A model generated the notes under the pieces. It had not been told where the DNA came from. It ran no database searches and was given only the letters and a program-made list of their open reading frames with translations. Shown one piece after another: positions 9,108 to 17,830 of a stretch of DNA of 64,000 bases; the stretch's first letter is position 1; every line of letters starts with the position of its first letter. The translations under genes were made by a program, and so were the position numbers. Source of the DNA: an uncultured Mollicutes bacterium (GTDB lineage: Bacteria > Bacillota_I > Bacilli_A > RFN20 > CAG-826); contig UQFN01000003.1 of the NCBI GenBank assembly GCA_900540365.1, forward strand, positions 21,139 through 85,138, read 5' to 3'.

Positions 9108-12100
9108 ATGAATCTAAAAAGAGGCTTAGTTATTTTATCTTCTTTAGGATTACTTAGTGGGTGTGGACTCATTCCTTCTCAAAATGAAAGTGATGAAGTC
9201 AAAACAGAGCTCCTAGAAGAAGATACTAAAAATAGCGATTTAGTTAAAACAAACTTCGGAACTAAATCAAGTGATGATGAGCTAGAAGATAGTTACACTT
9301 TTCCTGATTTGGTAACAATACATTATCATCGTGATGATAATGCTTATGATGATAAACGTTTTTGGATTTGGTCTGATAATGCTGCACCTGAAATAGAATT
9401 TGAAATGGTTGATGAAGGTAATAATTTTACATATGCTTTTACTTTCTCGCCAATGGAAGTCTTTAAAATCGAAGATCCTTCATTTTCTTTTATGGTCAAA
9501 GTCGCCGGCACTTGGAGTGGAAAATCAGCTGAAATTCCAATTTTATACAAAGATTATCCACCAACTTTACAAGAAGATGGAACTTATTTATTAGAAATAT
9601 GGGCTTTAGCAAGAAATACTGGTTTTGATATTTATAAAACCGAAGAAGATGCACGTAGCGATCAAATTTCCAAAGCTTTTATTTCAAGTGATTTTAAGAA
9701 AATTAATGTTTATACAAGTGATGGAACTGGTAATGGTGAAAGTATTTTAAGTGAATTAAAAATTTATAAATTCACTCAAAGTTATGCTTCCTTTAATAGT
9801 TCCTTACAACAAGGTAAAAAAGAAGACTATCTTTTGTTTAGTGCTTCAAATATTAATAAATCAAGTATTGCAGTTAAATTCTCTAAGACTTTAACTTTAA
9901 ATTGCAAATACGTTTTAGAAGCTAAATTTAAAGATAAACCAGAAAAGACTGCTGTTTATACATTAACTTATGAAAACTTATATGAAACCCCTGAATTTAG
10001 TGCTCTTTCTTATAATGGAGATGATTTAGGAGCTCATGTAGTTAGAGATGGTAATGAAGTAAAAACAGTCTTTAAAGTTTGGGCACCAACTGCTTCGTTG
10101 ATGCAATTGAAACTTTATGATTATGGCTATGATAAATCTTATCTTGATGAAACTAAATATAATAATATAGTTGAACAAGGTATTGTCGATGCTTATGAAC
10201 TTTACGATATGGAGTTAAACTTACAAACATTTGTTTGGGAAGTCGAAATTCCAGGAGATTTAAGTGGCAAATATTATACATATCGTGTTATTAATACTGC
10301 TGGAACTAATGATGTAGTTGATCCATATGCTCAAAGTACTGGTATTGACGGCAGTCGTGGAATGATTGTTGATTTTGATGGCGAAGAAGCAAAACCTTCT
10401 AATTGGGATGATTTACCTCTTAAATGGGATGGTATTGAAGAACTTGATATTACAACTCCACAAGAACTTGTTGTTAGTGAAGTTCATATTCGTGATTTAA
10501 CAATGAGCGATACTTGGAATGGTCCTAAAGAAAAACAAGGTTTATTTACAGGTTTTATTGAAGAAGGTATAACTTATAATGGTGTAAAAACTGGTTATGA
10601 CCATTTAGTTGAATATGGTGTTAATGCGCTTCAACTATTACCTATTTTCGATCAAGATAACGCTGAAAGAGCACGTAAAGAAGTAGTTTATAACGAAGGT
10701 AGTGAAAACGAAAAAGTTGCTCAAGTAGTTGATTATGACACTCTTGGTGATTTTAACTGGGGTTATAATCCTTTAAACTATAATGCTCTTGAAGGTGCTT
10801 ATAGTAGTGATCCACGCAATGGATATACTCGCATAAAAGAATTTAGAGAGTTAGTTCAAAAATTTGCAACTAATGAAAATCATACTCGTATTATTATGGA
10901 CGTCGTCTATAATCACGTTAGCAGTGCTCCAACCTCTAATTTTGAACGTTTGATGCCAAAATATTATTATCGTTTAGATGATTTAGGTGGCTATAGTGAT
11001 GCTAGTGGATGCGGAAACGAAGTTAAAACTGAAGCTCCAATGATGAGAAAATTCATTATTGATAGTGTTTGTCAATGGGCAACAAATTATAAAATTAAAG
11101 GATTTAGATTTGATTTAATGGGTGCTATTGACTTAAAGACAATGAGCGATTTAACTGATGCTTTATATGATATTGATCCTGATATTGTTGTTTATGGTGA
11201 AGGATGGTATGCAACTGCTCCTAGATTAAATAGTAATTATTTAGCGGTTAATCAAAACTTAGCTCAATATTTATATCCAAATAGAACCGAAGAAAGTAAT
11301 ACCCCATATGTTGGTGATGGGTATGTAGGTGGTTTCAATAATGGTGGACGTGACGCTTTAAAAGGCGATAATGATATTAATAATACTGTTGCTTATAGTG
11401 GCTTAATTTCAAATACTAATCCAAGTGAAGATGTTATTAGAAGAAGTAAATTAATGCTTCTTGGAGCAAATGGTTATGGCGGTTGTGGATTTAATCCATT
11501 ACAAAATGTTAACTATGTATCTTGCCATGATAACTATACTTTATTCGATCAATTAAACTGGAATTTAGGTAATTCAACTCATACAATCGAACCTGATATT
11601 GAAACCGTAGCTAGAGCTAGCGTAGCTGTTAACGGTATGGTTTTAATGTCAAATGGTATTTCCTTTATTAATGGTGGTGAAGAAATCTTTAGAACAAAGA
11701 TTGAAACTAGTGAAGAAATTCAAAAAGATGAAGTTAATATGTATGGGAAACGTATTACTCACAATTCATATAAATCTCCAGATGCTACTAACGCATACGA
11801 TTATGGTCGTAAAGCTGAATTAAAAGAATACTTCGATATGTATTGCCAATTAGTTCAACTTAAGAAAGATTTAAAATTTAGCAGTGAAATCGTTGATGAA
11901 ACTACATATTCATCTGGAACCGTCGCTAATATTGAAAGCTTAAATTCAAGCGGCAATAAACTTGGATTATACCGTGAAGGTATTAGTGGAAATTATCATA
12001 TTTACTTTAATGGACCACTAACTTCTCAAGATTATACAACTGTTGGAACAGTAGTATTTTCTAACATTGGTACATTAACTGTTGAAAACGGTAATATTAG

Positions 12101-12140
12101 TTTACCAACAAGTTATGGAATTGTTATTGTTAAGGAATAG
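9108..12140 (+). CDS. pulA: Type I pullulanase (GH13) lipoprotein
   Basis: Lipobox LSSLGLLSGCG. CBM48-like VWAPTASLMQLKLYD. Motifs YNWGYNP, MDVVYNHV, GFRFDLMG, YGEGW, YVSCHDN. Confidence 0.85.
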   Translation: MNLKRGLVILSSLGLLSGCGLIPSQNESDEVKTELLEEDTKNSDLVKTNFGTKSSDDELEDSYTFPDLVTIHYHRDDNAYDDKRFWIWSDNAAPEIEFEMVDEGNNFTYAFTFSPMEVFKIEDPSFSFMVKVAGTWSGKSAEIPILYKDYPPTLQEDGTYLLEIWALARNTGFDIYKTEEDARSDQISKAFISSDFKKINVYTSDGTGNGESILSELKIYKFTQSYASFNSSLQQGKKEDYLLFSASNINKSSIAVKFSKTLTLNCKYVLEAKFKDKPEKTAVYTLTYENLYETPEFSALSYNGDDLGAHVVRDGNEVKTVFKVWAPTASLMQLKLYDYGYDKSYLDETKYNNIVEQGIVDAYELYDMELNLQTFVWEVEIPGDLSGKYYTYRVINTAGTNDVVDPYAQSTGIDGSRGMIVDFDGEEAKPSNWDDLPLKWDGIEELDITTPQELVVSEVHIRDLTMSDTWNGPKEKQGLFTGFIEEGITYNGVKTGYDHLVEYGVNALQLLPIFDQDNAERARKEVVYNEGSENEKVAQVVDYDTLGDFNWGYNPLNYNALEGAYSSDPRNGYTRIKEFRELVQKFATNENHTRIIMDVVYNHVSSAPTSNFERLMPKYYYRLDDLGGYSDASGCGNEVKTEAPMMRKFIIDSVCQWATNYKIKGFRFDLMGAIDLKTMSDLTDALYDIDPDIVVYGEGWYATAPRLNSNYLAVNQNLAQYLYPNRTEESNTPYVGDGYVGGFNNGGRDALKGDNDINNTVAYSGLISNTNPSEDVIRRSKLMLLGANGYGGCGFNPLQNVNYVSCHDNYTLFDQLNWNLGNSTHTIEPDIETVARASVAVNGMVLMSNGISFINGGEEIFRTKIETSEEIQKDEVNMYGKRITHNSYKSPDATNAYDYGRKAELKEYFDMYCQLVQLKKDLKFSSEIVDETTYSSGTVANIESLNSSGNKLGLYREGISGNYHIYFNGPLTSQDYTTVGTVVFSNIGTLTVENGNISLPTSYGIVIVKE

Positions 12141-12151
12141 GAGGAAATAAT

Positions 12152-13336
12152 ATGAAGAAGAATATTTTACTTTTTAGTTTATTGTTATTTGCTCCTTTGT
12201 TTAGCTTAACTGGATGTAATCAAAATGGTACTCAAACTACATCGCAAAGCGCCACAATTGTAATTACTCCAAATGAACATGCCAAAATTGAATGTTCAAT
12301 CTCCTCCCTAAGTGGTAATTCTGGTGATCGTGGTAGTTTAACAATTACTCCAGATAAAGATTATTATGTTAATTCTGTTACTCAAAATGATATGTTCCCA
12401 TTATTAAAAGTAGAAGACAATGTCTATTCGTTTACTTTACTTTCAGGGGAAAATGTTTTTACGGTAAAATTAGACTATGTTGAAACAGAGGAATCTAATA
12501 GTGAATTAATTGGCCAAGGTAATGAAGTTGTTATTACTGATGGTGAATTAACTGATGAAGTTGATCCAATTCCATCTTTAGGAAGTGGAACAACTTTACT
12601 TCCTGATTATGATAATCCAATTACGGTCTACTTTAAAGACAGTGATTGGTGGAATACATCAGCAGCTTCAACAAATATCTTAGTATATGATGAAAATGAC
12701 AAAGTAATTAGTTATAATCCAACTCTTGGAGAAATGATGACTCATATTACTTATAATGCTCAAAGTGGATTTAACTATTGGCAAGCAATTTTAGATGGTG
12801 ATAAAGCTAGTAAGATTCAATTTATAAGAACTGGAGATAATGGCTTTACTGATTGGGGAGCAAGAACCGAAGTATTACCTTTACCAACTGCACCAAATGA
12901 TATGTATATTCTTGATTCAACACCTGCTTGGTATGGTGATGGAAATTATGCTAGTGTCACTGAAGGAATATATGATCCTGATAATGATCCTGAACCAGTT
13001 GATTTAGGCATTTATACAATTTATTTCGAAACAAATAGTTGGTGGAACGCACTTTCAACTGATGCTCCAAATTGTTATATGTGGGGAGCAAATGGTGATA
13101 AATCTGCTTGGCCAGGTTCAGCCATGACTAAAGTTAGCGATAATTTATATTCAATAGATTTTGATACTGCAGTTTATACTCAATGTATTTTCAATACAAA
13201 TGCTGGAGCTTATCAAACTGCTGACTTAAGAGTACCACTAACCTTTGGAAAAGATGCTTCAATTATTGCAAAACTTCCTGCTACAGATCCAGGAAGCAAG
13301 AATTGCACGGTTGAATGGTCATTATATACTGCTTAA
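12152..13336 (+). CDS. Surface lipoprotein with two CBM25/26-like starch-binding modules
   Basis: Lipobox FSLTGCN. Two repeats: ITVYFKDSDWWN... and YTIYFETNSWWN...AWPGSAMTKVSDNLYSIDF...QTADL. Confidence 0.6.
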   Translation: MKKNILLFSLLLFAPLFSLTGCNQNGTQTTSQSATIVITPNEHAKIECSISSLSGNSGDRGSLTITPDKDYYVNSVTQNDMFPLLKVEDNVYSFTLLSGENVFTVKLDYVETEESNSELIGQGNEVVITDGELTDEVDPIPSLGSGTTLLPDYDNPITVYFKDSDWWNTSAASTNILVYDENDKVISYNPTLGEMMTHITYNAQSGFNYWQAILDGDKASKIQFIRTGDNGFTDWGARTEVLPLPTAPNDMYILDSTPAWYGDGNYASVTEGIYDPDNDPEPVDLGIYTIYFETNSWWNALSTDAPNCYMWGANGDKSAWPGSAMTKVSDNLYSIDFDTAVYTQCIFNTNAGAYQTADLRVPLTFGKDASIIAKLPATDPGSKNCTVEWSLYTA

Positions 13337-13345
13337 CTTAATATT

Positions 13346-13376
13346 AAAAAGATGGAATTCAATTCCATCTTTTTTT
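13346..13376. terminator. Bidirectional intrinsic terminator between convergent genes
   Basis: A-run, then hairpin GATGGAA-TTCAA-TTCCATC, then T-run. Confidence 0.8.
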
Positions 13377-13417
13377 ATGCAATTTTTGTAAAAAACCTTG
13401 CAAATCTTAGTTATTTT

Positions 13418-13720
13418 TTAAGATTTTACTTTAAAATGCTCTACTAAATCTAAAAGTCCATTAACTAGATTTTCGTTATTTTCTATTTGTTCAAGCAAAT
13501 TATTTTTGGCTTGTTGGGAATCAATTTCGCCTTTTATTAATGTATCAACTGAAACATTATATAAATATGACATATTAACTAAAGTATCTAGATTTGGTTC
13601 TGAACGATTTATCTCATAATTACATAATTGATAATAATTAATGCCGAGTCTACTAGCAGCTTCTTTTTGAGAAAGACCAGCTTTGACTCTAAAATATTTC
13701 ATGTTTTTTCCGTAATTCAT
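13418..13720 (-). CDS. XRE-family helix-turn-helix transcriptional regulator
   Basis: N-terminal HTH_3-like sequence (YFRVKAGLSQKEAASRLGINYYQLCNYEINRSEPNLDTLVNMSYLYNVSVDTL). Divergent from comEA. Confidence 0.8.
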   Translation of the reverse strand: MNYGKNMKYFRVKAGLSQKEAASRLGINYYQLCNYEINRSEPNLDTLVNMSYLYNVSVDTLIKGEIDSQQAKNNLLEQIENNENLVNGLLDLVEHFKVKS

Positions 13721-13726
13721 ACATTA

Positions 13727-13758
13727 ATTGTATATCAGTTTTTTAAAAAGTCTAGACT
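13727..13758 (-). promoter_or_regulatory. Candidate promoter/operator of the XRE gene
   Basis: On the minus strand: TAGACT-16nt-TACAAT, with the -10 ending 6 nt before the ATG and no SD. The perfect 10-bp palindrome AGTCTAGACT (13749-13758) overlaps the -35. Confidence 0.5.
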
Positions 13759-13769
13759 AAAGAAAAAAA

Positions 13770-13806
13770 TACCCCCCATAAAAAGTTTTTTAAAGCGTCT
13801 TGTATA
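13770..13806 (+). promoter_or_regulatory. Bipartite G/C-rich promoter-like motif upstream of comEA (copy A)
   Basis: TACCCCCCA-N14-AAGCGTCTTGTATA. The same two blocks with the same spacing recur at 58824..58860 (-). Confidence 0.5.
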
Positions 13807-13820
13807 TGAGGAGGTATTAT

Positions 13821-14363
13821 ATGTCTTTAACATTAAAAATTATTTTAGGTGTCGTTATTGTAACAATAATCGGCTTGCTGGCATTTAAACTTATTGATGG
13901 GAGTAGTTTACAAGCAAATGATGTCACTAATCCAGCTGATGTTGTTAGAAATTCAATTGGAATTAGTGGTTATGTCGTTAGTCCTGGTAATTACTTATTA
14001 GATGAAAACTCGACCATGCAAGATTTAATTGATAAAGCAGGAGGAGTAACTGATAAAGCAGATACAAGAGCTTTTTTGCCTGGAGCAATTGTAGAAAAAA
14101 GTGTTCAATATTATATTCCACCAAGATATAATCCAACTGATATTTGTGCAACGGAAGAACTTCAAAAAGTAAACATTAATTCCTACATTGATCCTGAAGA
14201 ATTAAGTTTTATTGAAGGAATTGGCAACACAATTTCACAATCAATAATTGATTATCGTAATGAAAATGGATTATATCAAACATTAGAAGATATCATGAAA
14301 GTTAATGGAATTGGCAATGCAACTTATACAAAATTAAGAAATTATATTATTTTAGTTGATTAA
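13821..14363 (+). CDS. comEA: Competence protein ComEA (DNA receptor)
   Basis: Start moved to the ATG after RBS GAGGAGG (the track start is a TTG). N-terminal TM segment, C-terminal helix-hairpin-helix pair (GIGNTISQSIIDYR...VNGIGNATYTKL). Confidence 0.85.
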   Translation: MSLTLKIILGVVIVTIIGLLAFKLIDGSSLQANDVTNPADVVRNSIGISGYVVSPGNYLLDENSTMQDLIDKAGGVTDKADTRAFLPGAIVEKSVQYYIPPRYNPTDICATEELQKVNINSYIDPEELSFIEGIGNTISQSIIDYRNENGLYQTLEDIMKVNGIGNATYTKLRNYIILVD

Positions 14364-14364
14364 T

Positions 14365-16362
14365 ATGGCAATATTTCTTTGCTTATTATCACTAATTCTT
14401 GGAATTTTACTTTTAAATGTAGAATTTATTTTTCTTAATATAATTATCTTTTCTTTAATTGTTTATATTAATTTAAAGTATTTTAAGAAAAACCTAAAAA
14501 TTATATTATTTCAAATCTTCTTTTTAATAATAGGTTTAGTATTTATAAATATTAACATTGTTGATATAAATACAAGTAACATATGGGGTATTGTTGTTAA
14601 AAAAAGTGACAATTACTTAATTATAAGAACATTTTTTACTAAATATTATGTTACAAATAATGAAGAATTAAATTTATTTGATATTGTTAATGTTTCTGGC
14701 AGTAGAAGTGAATTAAATTTTATTCATTATGAATCATCTTTTGATTTTAATAAATTTCTAAAGCTAAGTGGAACCTCTTATTATTTAAAGATTAACAAAA
14801 TTAATACCTTATTGAAATTTCCATTAGATTTTGAAGGCTATAAAGAAGATATATTAGTAAGAATAAATGATGTTCAACTAAAAAATTATGTGAATTTAAT
14901 ATTATTTAATGAAGAAATAGATGATAAAGCTACGAATTTATTAATAAATATATTATCAATAAGTGGAGTTTACTTGAATTTTGCATTATATGGCCTAAGT
15001 AAGTCATTTGCTTATATATGTAATAAAAAAGAAAGTAGGCTCTTATCTTTGATTTTATTATCACCTTATATATTATTTAATATTTATAGATTTAGTGTGT
15101 TTAAAACAGCAGTTTTGTTTATTTTTAATTTAATCTTTTTAAATAAGCATTACGATAATTTAAAGAAGATTTCACTTTTATATTTGTGCTTTTTGCTTCT
15201 TGATATAAGACTAATTTATTCTGCATCCTTTTATATTTCTTTAATATTTTCTTTTATTTTTATGTTTTCAAAATTATATATTTCTAGTGCACATAAATTT
15301 GTTAAACTATTAAAAACAAAAATTATTTTCTTTATCTTTTTTATACCATTTTATCTAGAATTTAATGGATATATTAATTTTATAAATTTAATATTTAACT
15401 TGAGTTTTGCAGGTTTTTTTAAAATTTTCTTTACTTTTTCATTATTAAGTTTTTATGGAATTCATCTAAAATTTTTAGAAAAACCAATGGTAGATATTTT
15501 AAATTTTTTTAATTTAATTGAAATAAAAGAATTAAATATAAATATTCCTAAATTTGATATTAACATATATATTATTTATTTTTTGTTGATGATTTTATTA
15601 ATGTATTTTTTAGAAATAAACTATAAAAGGAATACCAAAATAATCTTGATATTGACAACTGTATTTTCTTTATTTTATATAATTCCAATTAAAGAATATT
15701 TTACTTTTGAAGTATCGTTTTTAAATGTTGGTCAAGGTGACTCAACCTATATTCATTATAAAGATAAAAACTTTTTAATAGATACTGGAGGTTTATTAAA
15801 TTATGATTTAGCTGAGAATTCCCTAATACCATTTTTAAGAAGAAAACGTGTATACAAATTGGACGCTGTATTTATAACTCATTATGATTATGATCATTAT
15901 GGAAGTTTAGAAAGCTTAAATAAAAAGTTTAACATTCTAACTATATATGATTACAACAGTTCGTTTCCAGTTTATAGTAGTAATTTAAAATTTATAAATT
16001 TGAATACTTTAAAAAATGCAACTGATGAGAATGACAAAAGTTTAGTAATTTATCTAGATGTTAATAATATCTCTTTTTTGTTTATGGGAGATGCAACTAC
16101 TAAGGTTGAAAGAAATATTTTAAATAACTATCAAAATCTTAAATGTGATTATATAAAACTTGGTCATCATGGTAGTGACACTTCCTCATCATATGAATTT
16201 TTAAAAGAAGTTTCTCCAAAAGAAGCTATTGTATCATGTGGAATAAATAATAAATTTAATCATCCTAGCAAAAAAACATTGCAAAATTTAACGAAATTAA
16301 ATATTAAATGTCGTCGTACAGATCTTGAAGGGACAATTACTTATAAATTTAGAGCATTTTAG
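14365..16362 (+). CDS. comEC: Competence protein ComEC/Rec2 (DNA uptake channel with MBL domain)
   Basis: Polytopic membrane protein with a C-terminal metallo-beta-lactamase region (VSFLNVGQGDSTYI...HYDYDHYG...GHHGS). ATG 14365 preferred over TTG 14356. Confidence 0.85.
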   Translation: MAIFLCLLSLILGILLLNVEFIFLNIIIFSLIVYINLKYFKKNLKIILFQIFFLIIGLVFININIVDINTSNIWGIVVKKSDNYLIIRTFFTKYYVTNNEELNLFDIVNVSGSRSELNFIHYESSFDFNKFLKLSGTSYYLKINKINTLLKFPLDFEGYKEDILVRINDVQLKNYVNLILFNEEIDDKATNLLINILSISGVYLNFALYGLSKSFAYICNKKESRLLSLILLSPYILFNIYRFSVFKTAVLFIFNLIFLNKHYDNLKKISLLYLCFLLLDIRLIYSASFYISLIFSFIFMFSKLYISSAHKFVKLLKTKIIFFIFFIPFYLEFNGYINFINLIFNLSFAGFFKIFFTFSLLSFYGIHLKFLEKPMVDILNFFNLIEIKELNINIPKFDINIYIIYFLLMILLMYFLEINYKRNTKIILILTTVFSLFYIIPIKEYFTFEVSFLNVGQGDSTYIHYKDKNFLIDTGGLLNYDLAENSLIPFLRRKRVYKLDAVFITHYDYDHYGSLESLNKKFNILTIYDYNSSFPVYSSNLKFINLNTLKNATDENDKSLVIYLDVNNISFLFMGDATTKVERNILNNYQNLKCDYIKLGHHGSDTSSSYEFLKEVSPKEAIVSCGINNKFNHPSKKTLQNLTKLNIKCRRTDLEGTITYKFRAF

Positions 16363-16376
16363 TATATAATAATTGC

Positions 16377-17360
16377 ATGACTTATTTATTTTTTAGTAAT
16401 GATTCTGAAAGATTAAATATTTATTTAGATTCTTTTATTAATAAATTTTTTAAAGATGAAGAGAAAAATGTTGTCTCATTTAACGCTAATGAAACAAGTG
16501 TTAATGAAATAATTAACGAATGTTATCAATTATCTTTAGCTTATAACAAAAAAATAGTTGTTTTAAAAGATACAATTTTTTTAAAAAAAGAAACTAAATA
16601 TGCAAAAATTAAGAAAAATAAAATATTAAAAAATAATAATTATGAACTTTTAAAAAAATATATTATTCAAGATAATTCAGAAGATGTAATTTTAATTTTA
16701 ACTTATGATGGCGATGATATTGATAAAGAAAATATCATCTATCAAGCTATTGATTCTAAAAATAAGAAATTTTTGACTAATTTAACTGAAGCAGATTGGC
16801 CACTTTATGTTAAAAAATATTTTGAGAAAAGAGAATTTAGCATTGATGAAGAAGCAATAAATGAAATTGTTTTAAGATCAAACGGAAGTTTAAGACATTT
16901 TATAAATGAAGCTGAAAAATTAGAACTTTATTGTAATAAAAAAATCACATTATGTGATGTAAAAGAAATTTTTATCAAGCCTAATGAAGATGACATTTTT
17001 GCCTTAACTAAAGCGTTATTAAAAAATGATAAAGATAAAGCTTTGCAAATTTATCGAGATTTAAGGACTACACAAAATATTGAACCAATTACTCTTATTA
17101 GTATTATGAGCAATTCTTTAATATTAATTAATCAAATTAAATTTCTAATGAAACAAGGGAATAATGTTGATGAAATTGCAAATTTACTTAAAGTTAAAAA
17201 AGGAAAAATTTATTATACCTTACAAGATAGTAAAAAAATAAATGAAGATAGTATAAAAAAAGCTTTAAATGATTTAGCATTACTTGATAAGAAGATTAAG
17301 CATAATGAAGTAGATAGATTTTATGCTTTTGAAATATTTTTACTTAATTTCAATGCATAA
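16377..17360 (+). CDS. holA: DNA polymerase III delta subunit
   Basis: Size and the conserved comEC-holA|rpsT synteny. Sequence itself is weakly diagnostic. Confidence 0.65.
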   Translation: MTYLFFSNDSERLNIYLDSFINKFFKDEEKNVVSFNANETSVNEIINECYQLSLAYNKKIVVLKDTIFLKKETKYAKIKKNKILKNNNYELLKKYIIQDNSEDVILILTYDGDDIDKENIIYQAIDSKNKKFLTNLTEADWPLYVKKYFEKREFSIDEEAINEIVLRSNGSLRHFINEAEKLELYCNKKITLCDVKEIFIKPNEDDIFALTKALLKNDKDKALQIYRDLRTTQNIEPITLISIMSNSLILINQIKFLMKQGNNVDEIANLLKVKKGKIYYTLQDSKKINEDSIKKALNDLALLDKKIKHNEVDRFYAFEIFLLNFNA

Positions 17361-17390
17361 AAAAACTGCTTCAAAAGCAGTTTTATTTTT
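17361..17390. terminator. Bidirectional terminator between holA and rpsT
   Basis: AAACTGCTT-CAA-AAGCAGTTT hairpin flanked by an A-run and a T-run. Confidence 0.8.
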
Positions 17391-17407
17391 CATTATTTTT
17401 TAACTTA

Positions 17408-17671
17408 TTAAGCTAATTTATTGACTAAATTTTGTAAATTAGATTTTTGACGAGCAGCAGTGGATTTATGTTCAATACCTTTTACGACAGCTCTATCGAT
17501 AATACTATTAGCAACTCTTAAAAGTTTAAGTGCTTTTTCTTTATCATTTGCTTCGCAAGCTAATCTAACTTGTTTAATAGCTGTTCTTAATTTTGATTTG
17601 TATGAGACATTTCTAATTCTAGCTTTTTCGTTTGTTTTGTTTCTCTTAATTTGTGATTTAATATTTGCCAT
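17408..17671 (-). CDS. rpsT: 30S ribosomal protein S20
   Basis: MANIKSQIKRNKTNEKARIRN... is a typical S20 N-terminus. RBS AGAGGTG. Confidence 0.95.
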   Translation of the reverse strand: MANIKSQIKRNKTNEKARIRNVSYKSKLRTAIKQVRLACEANDKEKALKLLRVANSIIDRAVVKGIEHKSTAARQKSNLQNLVNKLA

Positions 17672-17698
17672 AGTCTACACCTCTTTCGATACTCATTG

Positions 17699-17727
17699 AT
17701 TATATATAAAAAGTTCTTTCATTGCAA
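17699..17727 (-). promoter_or_regulatory. rpsT sigma-A type promoter
   Basis: Minus strand TTGCAA-17nt-TATAAT, about 27 nt upstream of the ATG. Confidence 0.6.
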
Positions 17728-17830
17728 ATAAATTAGAAAAAAATATCATTTTTATTTAAATAAATTAATTTATTTGTAATAAAACACAAAAAAGTCGAAT
17801 AATTTCCTAATAAATAATATAATATTTAGG

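Noticed and set aside
9344-9594. Listed ORFs 9344..9550 (-) and 9400..9594 (+) inside the pullulanase gene
   Set aside because: They lie entirely within a long, motif-supported CDS in another frame or strand. They have no RBS and a low-complexity composition, as expected of shadow ORFs in AT-rich DNA.
13628-13888. Listed ORF 13628..13888 (+) spanning the XRE gene antisense, the intergenic region and the comEA start
   Set aside because: It overlaps two better-supported genes and the regulatory region, has no RBS, and its sequence is low-complexity.
17460-17699. Listed shadow ORFs antisense or out of frame to well-supported genes: 17460..17699, 18497..18772, 21488..21733, 24198..24410, 33921..34103, 38939..39223, 41917..42129, 43101..43283, 44676..44885, 50122..50334, 52114..52314, 53958..54278, 58917..59099
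   Set aside because: Each is fully nested in or opposite to a conserved CDS (rpsT, fmt, lepA, the Fic-like gene, deoC, glyQS, sigA, trmK, cshB, plsY, parE, parC, the permease). None has a convincing RBS or a recognisable motif.
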